DNA of 64,000 bases from Utricularia gibba (lineage: Eukaryota > Plantae > Magnoliophyta). This document shows positions 1 to 9,200 of the stretch, in pieces. The DNA is taken from positions 53,918 to 117,917 of the forward strand of contig NEEC01000101.1 of NCBI GenBank assembly GCA_002189035.1, in the 5' to 3' direction. The notes below the pieces were generated by a model. That model was not told the origin of the DNA, searched no databases, and saw only the letters and a list, made by a program, of their open reading frames with translations. Position 1 is the stretch's first letter. Each line of letters opens with the position of its first letter. A program made the position numbers and the translations under genes.

Positions 1-29
1 CCCATAGTCAGTTGTAGCCCGGAAAATAA

Positions 30-343
30 GTCATGCATTTATCAACGTTGGGTTTCGGCGGCTGCCTAAATGGTTTTTCAAGCAACAGCTTGCCGTTTTA
101 AGGCGGGTGCTGTCGTTGGCAGCTTTGTACGGGCCCAAGGTTTGGTCTGGCTCCTGAGCCCAATCGGGTCCTACTCGATGAAAATCGTGATGCATTTAAT
201 GAAGTTAGGATGTCATGAGCGCCCCAAATGGTTTTCTCAACAACCTGATTTATATTTGACGAGGTGCTCTAGGCTGGCACTAGTATCGAGCAAATGGTCG
301 AGTCGCGCTCTGGCCCATAGTCATTTGTAGCCCGGCCAAAAAA
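30..343 (+). repeat. Monomer type A (HOR-initial; head H1a + tail T1), representative copy
   Basis: The head has AATAAGTCATGCATTTATCAACG and GCCTAAATGG. The tail has TTTAATGAAG and GACGAGGTGCTCTAGGCTGGCACTAGTATCGAGC. It follows a D monomer everywhere outside the 41.6-50.5 kb block. Confidence 0.93.
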
Positions 344-657
344 GTGATGCATTTATTAACGTTGGGTTTTCGGCGGCTGCCTACATGCTTTTTGAGGCAA
401 AAGTTGTCGTTTTTTGGCGGGTGCTGTTGTTGGGAACTTCGTCCGGACCCAAGGTTCGGTCTGACTTCACAGCACAATAAGGTCCCATTCGACGAAAATC
501 GTGATACCTTTATTGCTGTTAGGATCTCATGATTACCCCAAATGCTTTTTTCAACAGCATGCTATACACTTGAGAAGGCGCTTTTGTGGGTCACCGAGAT
601 CGGCCCGGAATTCGGGTCGAGCTCGGGCCCAAAGTCAGCTGTAGCCCGATAAAAGAA
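344..657 (+). repeat. Monomer type B (internal; head H2 + tail T2), representative copy
   Basis: The head has GGGAACTTCGTCCGGACCCAAGG and ACAGCACAATAAGG. The tail starts GTGATACC and carries GATTACC, CTATACAC and CCCGGAATTCGGGTCGAGCTCGGGCCC. Confidence 0.93.
594..626. other. Imperfect inverted repeat in B-monomer tail (14 bp arms, 5 nt loop, centred on an EcoRI site), representative copy
   Basis: CCGAGATCGGCCCG-GAATT-CGGGTCGAGCTCGG has 12/14 Watson-Crick pairs, one G.T and one mismatch. It is repeated in internal B monomers. Confidence 0.75.
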
Positions 658-969
658 GTGATGCATTTATTAACGTTGGGTTGTCGGCGGCTGCCCACAT
701 GGTTTTTCAAGCAACAGCTTGCCGTTTTAAGGCGGGTGCTGTCGTTGACAGCTTTAAGGGCCCAAGGTTTGGTCTGGCTCCTGAGCCCAATCGGGTCCTA
801 CTCGATGAAAATCGTGATGCATTTAATGAAGTTAGGATGTCATGAGCCCCCAAATGGTTTTCTCAACAACCTGATTTATATTTGACGAGGTGCTCTAGGC
901 TGGCACTAGTATCGAGCAAATGGTCGAGTCGCGCTCTGGCCCATAGTCATTTGTAGCCTGGTCAAAAAA
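658..969 (+). repeat. Monomer type C (internal; head H1 + tail T1), representative copy
   Basis: The tail T1 is the same as in A, but the head reads AAGAAGTGATGCATTTATTAACGTTGGGTTGTC and GCCCACATGG. Confidence 0.92.
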
Positions 970-1280
970 GCGATGCATTTATTAACGTTGGGTTTTCGGC
1001 GGCTGCCTACATGCTTTTTGAAGCAAAAGTTGTCGTTTTTTGGCGGGTGCTGTTGGGAACTTCGTCCGGACCCAAGGTTCGGTCTGACTTCACAGCACAA
1101 TAAGGTCCCATTCGACGAAAATCGTGATACCTTTATTGAAGTTAGGATCTCATGACCGCCCCAAATGCTTTTTTCAACAGCATGCTTTAAACTTGAGAAG
1201 GCGCTTTTGTGGGTCACCGAGATCGGGCCGGAATTCAGGTCGGGCTTGGGGACAAAGTCAGCTGTAGCCCGTCAAAAGAA
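970..1280 (+). repeat. Monomer type B' (penultimate; head H2 + tail T2'), representative copy
   Basis: It resembles B but has GACCGCCCC, CTTTAAAC, GGGCCGGAATTCAGGTCGGGCTTGGGGAC and CCCGTCAAAAG. It almost always precedes D. Confidence 0.9.
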
Positions 1281-1591
1281 GTGATGCATTTATTAACGTT
1301 GGCTTGTCGCGGCTGCCCACATGGTTTTTAAAGCAACAGCTTGCCGTTTTAAGGCGGGTGCTGTCGTTGGCAGCTTTGTAAGGCCCAAGGTTCGGTCTGG
1401 CTCCTGAGCCCAATCGGGTCCTACTCGATGAAAATCGTGATGCATTTGCTTTTGTTAGGATGTCATGAGAACCCCAATGGGTTTTCTCCACACTCTACTT
1501 TATATTTGAGAAGGCGCTCTCGGGGGTTTAGGGATTGGGCCAGAGGTCGGGTCGGGCTCACGCCCATAGTCAGTTGTAGCCCGGAAAATAA
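1281..1591 (+). repeat. Monomer type D (HOR-terminal; H1-like head + unique tail T3), representative copy
   Basis: Tail T3 has GCATTTGCTTTTGTTAGG, CTCCACACTCTAC and a G-rich GGGGGTTTAGGGATTGGGCCAGAGGTCGGGTCGGG segment. It occurs once per HOR. Confidence 0.93.
1522..1556 (+). other. Putative long-loop G-quadruplex motif in D-monomer tail, representative copy
   Basis: GGGGG-TTTA-GGG-ATT-GGG-CCAGAGGTC-GGG-TC-GGG gives five G-tracts with loops of 4, 3, 9 and 2 nt. Folding is not demonstrated. Confidence 0.45.
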
Positions 1592-4500
1592 GTCATGCAT
1601 TTATCAACGTTGGGTTTTCGGCGGCTGCCTAAATGGTTTTTCAAGCAACAGCTTGCCGTTTTAAGGCGGGTGCTGTCGTTGGCAGCTTTGTAGGGCCCAA
1701 GGTTTGGTCTGGCTCCTGAGCCCAATCGGGTCCTACTCGATGAAAATCGTGATGCATTTAATGAAGTTAGGATGTCATGAGCGCCCCAAATGGTTTTCTC
1801 AACAACCTGATTTATATTTGACGAGGTGCTCTAGGCTGGCACTAGTATCGAGCAAATGGTCGAGTCGCGCTCTGGCCCATAGTCATTTGTAGCCCGGCCA
1901 AAAAAGTGATGCATTTATTAACGTTGGGTTTTCGGCGGCTGCCTACATGCTTTTTCAAGGAAAAGTTGTCGTTTTTTGGCGGGTGCTGTTGTTGGGAACT
2001 TCGTCCGGACCCAAGGTTCGGTCTGACTTCACAGCACAATAAGGTCCCATTCGACGAAAATCGTGATACCTTTATTGCAGTTAGGATCTCATGATTACCC
2101 CAAATGCTTTTTTCAACAGCATGCTATACACTTGAGAAGGCGCTTTTGTGGGTCACCGAGATCGGCCCGGAATTCGGGTCGAGCTCGGGCCCAAAGTCAG
2201 CTGTAGCCCGACAAAAGAAGTGATGCATTTATTAACGTTGGGTTGTCGGCGGCTGCCCACATGGTTTTTCAAGCAACAGCTTGCCGTTTTAAGGCGGGTG
2301 CTGTCGTTGCAGCTTTGTAAGGGCCCAAGGTTTGGTCTGGCTCCTGAGCCCAATCGGGTCCTACTCGATGAAAATCGTGATGCATTTAATGAAGTTAGGA
2401 TGTCATGAGCGCCCCAAATGGTTTTCTCAACAACCTGATTTATATTTGACGAGGTGCTCTAGGCTGGCACTAGTATCGAGCAAATGGTCGAGTCGCGCTC
2501 TGGCCCATAGTCATTTGTAGCCGGCAAAAAAGCGATGCATTTATTAACGTTGGGTTTTCGGCGGCTGCCTACATGCTTTTTCAAGGAAAAGTTGTCGTTT
2601 TTTGGCGGGTGCTGTTGTTGGGAACTTCGTCCGGACCCAAGGTTCGGTCTGACTTCACAGCACAATAAGGTCCCATTCGACGAAAATCGTGATACCTTTA
2701 TTGAAGTTAGGATCTCATGACCGCCCCAAATGCTTTTTTCAACAGCATGCTTTAAACTTGAGAAGGCGCTTTTGTGGGTCACCGAGATCGGGCCGGAATT
2801 CAGGTCGGGCTTGGGGGACAAAGTCAGCTGTAGCCCGTCAAAAGAAGTGATGCATTTATTAACGTTGGTTGTCGGCGGCTGCCCACATTTTTCAAGCAAC
2901 AGCTTGCCGTTTTAAGGCGGGTGCTGTCGTTGGCAGCTTTGTAAGGGCCCAAGGTTCGGCTCCTGAGCCCAATCGGGTCCTACTCGATGAAAATCGTGAT
3001 GCATTTGCTTTTGTTAGGATGTCATGAGAACCCCAATGGGTTTTCTCCACACTCTACTTTATATTTGAGAAGGCGCTCTCGGGGGGTTTAGGGATTGGGC
3101 CAGAGGTCGGGTCGGGCTCACGCCCATAGTCAGTTGTAGCCCGGAAAATAAGTCATGCATTTATCAACGTTGGGTTTTCGGCGGCTGCCTAAATGGTTTT
3201 TCAAGCAACAGCTTGCCGTTTTAAGGCGGGTGCTGTCGTTGGCAGCTTTGTACGGGCCCAAGGTTTGGTCTGGCTCCTGAGCCCAATCGGGTCCTACTCG
3301 ATGAAAATCGTGATGCATTTAATGAAGTTAGGATGTCATGAGCGCCCCAAATGGTTTTCTCAACAACCTGATTTATATTTGACGAGGTGCTCTAGGCTGG
3401 CACTAGTATCGAGCAAATGGTCGAGTCGCGCTCTGGCCCATAGTCATTTGTAGCCCGGCCAAAAAAGTGATGCATTTATTAACGTTGGGTTTTCGGCGGC
3501 TGCCTACATGCTTTTTCAAGGAAAAGTTGTCGTTTTTTGGCGGGTGCTGTTGTTGGGAACTTCGTCCGGACCCAAGGTTCGGTCTGACTTCACAGCACAA
3601 TAAGGTCCCATTCGACGAAAATCGTGATACCTTTATTGCTGTTAGGATCTCATGATTACCCCAAATGCTTTTTTCAACAGCATGCTATACACTTGAGAAG
3701 GCGCTTTTGTGGGTCACCGAGATCGGCCCGGAATTCGGGTCGAGCTCGGGCCCAAAGTCAGCTGTAGCCCGACAAAAGAAGTGATGCATTTATTAACGTT
3801 GGGTTGTCGGCGGCTGCCCACATGGTTTTTCAAGCAACAGCTTGCCGTTTTAAGGCGGGTGCTGTCGTTGGCAGCTTTGTAAGGGCCCAAGGTTTGGTCT
3901 GGCTCCTGAGCCCAATCGGGTCCTACTCGATGAAAATCGTGATGCATTTAATGAAGTTAGGATGTCATGAGCGCCCCAAATGGTTTTCTCAACAACCTGA
4001 TTTATATTTGACGAGGTGCTCTAGGCTGGCACTAGTATCGAGCAAATGGTCGAGTCGCGCTCTGGCCCATAGTCATTTGTAGCCTGGTCAAAAAAGTGAT
4101 GCATTTATTAACGTTGGGTTTTCGGCGGCTGCCTACATGCTTTTTCAAGGAAAAGTTGTCGTTTTTTGGCGGGTGCTGTTGTTGGGAACTTCGTCCGGAC
4201 CCAAGGTTCGGTCTGACTTCACAGCACAATAAGGTCCCATTCGACGAAAATCGTGATACCTTTATTGAAGTTAGGATCTCATGACCGCCCCAAATGCTTT
4301 TTTCAACAGCATGCTTTAAACTTGAGAAGGCGCTTTTGTGGGTCACCGAGATCGGGCCGGAATTCAGGTCGGGCTTGGGGACAAAGTCAGCTGTAGCCCG
4401 TCAAAAGAAGTGATGCATTTATTAACGTTGGTTGTCGGCGGCTGCCCACATTTTTTAAAGCAACAGCTTGCCGTTTTAAGGCGGGTGCTGTCGTTGGCAG

Positions 4501-6273
4501 CTTTGTAAGGGCCCAAGGTTCGGCTCCTGAGCCCAATCGGGTCCTACTCGATGAAAATCGTGATGCATTTGCTTTTGTTAGGATGTCATGAGAACCCCAA
4601 TGGGTTTTCTCCACACTCTACTTTTATTTGAGAAGGCGCTCTCGGGGGTTTGGATTGGGCCAGAGGTCGGGTCGGGCTCACGCCCATAGTCAGTTGTAGC
4701 CCGGAAAATAAGTCATGCATTTATCAACGTTGGGTTTTCGGCGGCTGCCTAAATGGTTTTTCAAGCAACAGCTTGCCGTTTTAAGGCGGGTGCTGTCGTT
4801 GGCAGCTTTGTAAGGGCCCAAGGTTTGGTCTGGCTCCTGAGCCCAATCGGGTCCTACTCGATGAAAATCGTGATGCATTTAATGAAGTTAGGATGTCATG
4901 AGCGCCCCAAATGGTTTTCTCAACAACCTGATTTATATTTGACGAGGTGCTCTAGGCTGGCACTAGTATCGAGCAAATGGTCGAGTCGCGCTCTGGCCCA
5001 TAGTCATTTGTAGCCCGGCCAAAAAAGTGATGCATTTATTAACGTTGGGTTTTCGGCGGCTGCCTACATGCTTTTTCAAGGAAAAGTTGTCGTTTTTTGG
5101 CGGGTGCTGTTGTTGGGAACTTCGTCCGGACCCAAGGTTCGGTCTGACTTCACAGCACAATAAGGTCCCATTCGACGAAAATCGTGATACCTTTATTGCT
5201 GTTAGGATCTCATGATTACCCCAAATGCTTTTTTCAACAGCATGCTATACACTTGAGAAGGCGCTTTTGTGGGTCACCGAGATCGGCCCGGAATTCGGGT
5301 CGAGCTCGGGCCCAAAGTCAGCTGTAGCCCGATAAAAGAAGTGATGCATTTATTAACGTTGGGTTGTCGGCGGCTGCCCACATGGTTTTTCAAGCAACAG
5401 CTTGCCGTTTTAAGGCGGGTGCTGTCGTTGACAGCTTTGTAAGGGCCCAAGGTTTGGTCTGGCTCCTGAGCCCAATCGGGTCCTACTCGATGAAAATCGT
5501 GATGCATTTAATGAAGTTAGGATGTCATGAGCGCCCCAAATGGTTTTCTCAACAACCTGATTTATATTTGACGAGGTGCTCTAGGCTGGCACTAGTATCG
5601 AGCAAATGGTCGAGTCGCGCTCTGGCCCATAGTCATTTGTAGCCCGGCCAAAAAAGTGATGCATTTATTAACGTTGGGTTTTCGGCGGCTGCCTACATGC
5701 TTTTTCAAGGAAAAGTTGTCGTTTTTTGGCGGGTGCTGTTGTTGGGAACTTCGTCCGGACCCAAGGTTCGGTCTGACTTCACAGCACAATAAGGTCCCAT
5801 TCGACGAAAATCGTGATACCTTTATTGAAGTTAGGATCTCATGACCGCCCCAAATGCTTTTTTCAACAGCATGCTTTAAACTTGAGAAGGCGCTTTTGTG
5901 GGTCACCGAGATCGGGCCGGAATTCAGGTCGGGCTTGGGGGACAAAGTCAGCTGTAGCCCGTCAAAAGAAGTGATGCATTTATTAACGTTGGTTGTCGGC
6001 GGCTGCCCACATTTTCAAGCAACAGCTTGCCGTTTTAAGGCGGGTGCTGTCGTTGGCAGCTTTGTAAGGGCCCAAGGTTCGGCTCTCCTGAGCCCAATCG
6101 GGTCCTACTCGATGAAAATCGTGATGCATTTGCTTTTGTTAGGATGTCATGAGAACCCCAATGGGTTTTCTCCACACTCTACTTTATATTTGAGAAGGCG
6201 CTCTCGGGGGTTTGGGATTGGGCCAGAGGTCGGTCGGGCTCACGCCCATAGTCAGTTGTAGCCCGGAAAATAA

Positions 6274-9200
6274 GTCATGCATTTATCAACGTTGGGTTTT
6301 CGGCGGCTGCCTAAATGGTTTTTCAAGCAACAGCTTGCCGTTTTAAGGCGGGTGCTGTCGTTGGCAGCTTTGTAAGGGCCCAAGGTTTGGTCTGGCTCCT
6401 GAGCCCAATCGGGTCCTACTCGATGAAAATCGTGATGCATTTAATGAAGTTAGGATGTCATGAGCGCCCCAAATGGTTTTCTCAACAACCTGATTTATAT
6501 TTGACGAGGTGCTCTAGGCTGGCACTAGTATCGAGCAAATGGTCGAGTCGCGCTCTGGCCCATAGTCATTTGTAGCCCGGCCAAAAAAGTGATGCATTTA
6601 TTAACGTTGGGTTTTCGGCGGCTGCCTACATGCTTTTTCAAGGAAAAGTTGTCGTTTTTTGGCGGGTGCTGTTGTTGGGAACTTCGTCCGGACCCAAGGT
6701 TCGGTCTGACTTCACAGCACAATAAGGTCCCATTCGACGAAAATCGTGATACCTTTATTGCTGTTAGGATCTCATGATTACCCCAAATGCTTTTTTCAAC
6801 AGCATGCTATACACTTGAGAAGGCGCTTTTGTGGGTCACCGAGATCGGCCCGGAATTCGGGTCGAGCTCGGGCCCAAAGTCAGCTGTAGCCCGATAAAAG
6901 AAGTGATGCATTTATTAACGTTGGGTTGTCGGCGGCTGCCCACATGGTTTTTCAAGCAACAGCTTGCCGTTTTAAGGCGGGTGCTGTCGTTGGCAGCTTT
7001 GTAAGGGCCCAAGGTTTGGTCTGGCTCCTGAGCCCAATCGGGTCCTACTCGATGAAAATCGTGATGCATTTAATGAAGTTAGGATGTCATGAGCGCCCAA
7101 ATGGTTTTCTCAACAACCTGATTTTTATTGACGAGGTGCTTTAGCTGGCTCTAGTATCGAGCAAATGGTCGAGTCGCGCTCTGGCCCATAGTCATTTTTA
7201 GCCCGGCAAAAAAGTGATGCATTTATTAACGTTGGGTTTTCGGCGGCTGCCTACATGCTTTTTCAAGGAAAAGTTGTCGTTTTTTGGCGGGTGCTGTTGT
7301 TGGGAACTTCGTCCGGACCCAAGGTTCGGTCTGACTTCACAGCACAATAAGGTCCCATTCGACGAAAATCGTGATACCTTTATTGAAGTTAGGATCTCAT
7401 GATTACCCCAAATGCTTTTTTCAACAGCATGCTATACACTTGAGAAGGCGCTTTTGTGGGTCACCGAGATCGGCCCGGAATTCGGGTCGAGCTCGGGCCC
7501 AAAGTCAGCTGTAGCCCGAAAAGAAGTGATGCATTTATTAACGTTGGGTTGTCGGCGGCTGCCCACATGGTTTTTCAAGCAACAGCTTGCCGTTTTAAGG
7601 CGGGTGCTGTCGTTGGCAGCTTTGTAAGGGCCCAAGGTTGGTCTGGCTCCTGAGCCCAATCGGGTCCTACTCGATGAAAATCGTGATGCATTTAATGAAG
7701 TTAGGATGTCATGAGCGCCCCAAATGGTTTTCTCAACAACCTGATTTATATTTGACGAGGTGCTCTAGGCTGGCACTAGTATCGAGCAAATGGTCGAGTC
7801 GCGCTCTGGCCCATAGTCATTTGTAGCCTGGCAAAAAAGCGATGCATTTATTAACGTTGGGTTTTCGGCGGCTGCCTACATGCTTTTTCAAGGAAAAGTT
7901 GTCGTTTTTTGGCGGGTGCTGTTGTTGGGAACTTCGTCCGGACCCAAGGTTCGGTCTGACTTCACAGCACAATAAGGTCCCATTCGACGAAAATCGTGAT
8001 ACCTTTATTGAAGTTAGGATCTCATGACCGCCCCAAATGCTTTTTTCAACAGCATGCTTTAAACTTGAGAAGGCGCTTTTGTGGGTCACCGAGATCGGGC
8101 CGGAATTCAGGTCGGGCTTGGGGACAAAGTCAGCTGTAGCCCGTCAAAAGAAGTGATGCATTTATTAACGTTGGGTTGTCGGCGGCTGCCCACATTTTCA
8201 AGCAACACTTGCCGTTTTAAGGCGGTGCTGTCGTTGGCAGCTTTGTAAGGGCCCAAGGTTCGGCTCCTGAGCCCAATGGGTCCTACTCGATGAAAATCGT
8301 GATGCATTTGCTTTTGTTAGGATGTCATGAGAACCCCAATGGGTTTTCTCCACACTCTACTTTATATTTGAGAAGGCGCTCTCGGGGTTTTGGGATTGGG
8401 CCAGAGGTCGGGTCGGGCTCACGCCCATAGTCAGTTGTAGCCCGGAAAATAAGTCATGCATTTATCAACGTTGGGTTTTCGGCGGCTGCCTAAATGGTTT
8501 TTCAAGCAACAGCTTGCCGTTTTAAGGCGGGTGCTGTCGTTGGCAGCTTTGTAAGGGCCCAAGGTTTGGTCTGGCTCCTGAGCCCAATCGGGTCCTACTC
8601 GATGAAAATCGTGATGCATTTAATGAAGTTAGGATGTCATGAGCGCCCCAAATGGTTTTCTCAACAACCTGATTTATATTTGACGAGGTGCTCTAGGCTG
8701 GCACTAGTATCGAGCAAATGGTCGAGTCGCGCTCTGGCCCATAGTCATTTGTAGCCCGGCCAAAAAAGTGATGCATTTATTAACGTTGGGTTTTCGGCGG
8801 CTGCCTACATGCTTTTTCAAGGAAAAGTTGTCGTTTTTTGGCGGGTGCTGTTGTTGGGAACTTCGTCCGGACCCAAGGTTCGGTCTGACTTCACAGCACA
8901 ATAGGTCCCATTCGACGAAAATCGTGATACCTTTATTGCTGTTAGGATCTCATGATTACCCCAAATGCTTTTTTCAACAGCATGCTATACACTTGAGAAG
9001 GCGCTTTTGTGGGTCACCGAGATCGGCCGGAATTCGGGTCGAGCTCGGGCCCAAAGTCAGCTGTAGCCCGATAAAAGAAGTGATGCATTTATTAACGTTG
9101 GGTTGTCGGCGGCTGCCCACATGGTTTTTCAAGCAACAGCTTGCCGTTTTAAGGCGGGTGCTGTCGTTGGCAGCTTTGTAAGGGCCCAAGGTTGGTCTGG

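Larger units (their letters stand above)
30..6273 (+). repeat. Four consecutive 5-mer HORs (A-B-C-B'-D, ~1.56 kb each)
   Basis: HOR starts at 30, 1592, 3152, 4712 and 6274 (lengths 1562, 1560, 1560, 1562). Confidence 0.92.

Noticed and set aside
440-480. GGTTCG resembling a Pol III B-box (tRNA, 5S or SINE origin)
   Set aside because: It does not match GGTTCGAnnCC, and I saw no A-box, cloverleaf or 5S coding sequence.
486-626. CENP-B box-like strings (TTCGACGAAAATCGTG; TTCGGGTCGAGCTCGGG)
   Set aside because: Neither fits the required TTCGnnnnAnnCGGG spacing on either strand.
1-657. Assignment to CentO, CentC or alpha satellite
   Set aside because: Only the unit length is similar; I do not recognise sequence similarity, and a database search is needed.
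1524-1539. TTTAGGG plant telomere heptamer in the D tail
   Set aside because: It is a single copy per HOR, not a tandem array, and it is replaced by TTTTGGG in subfamilies II and III.
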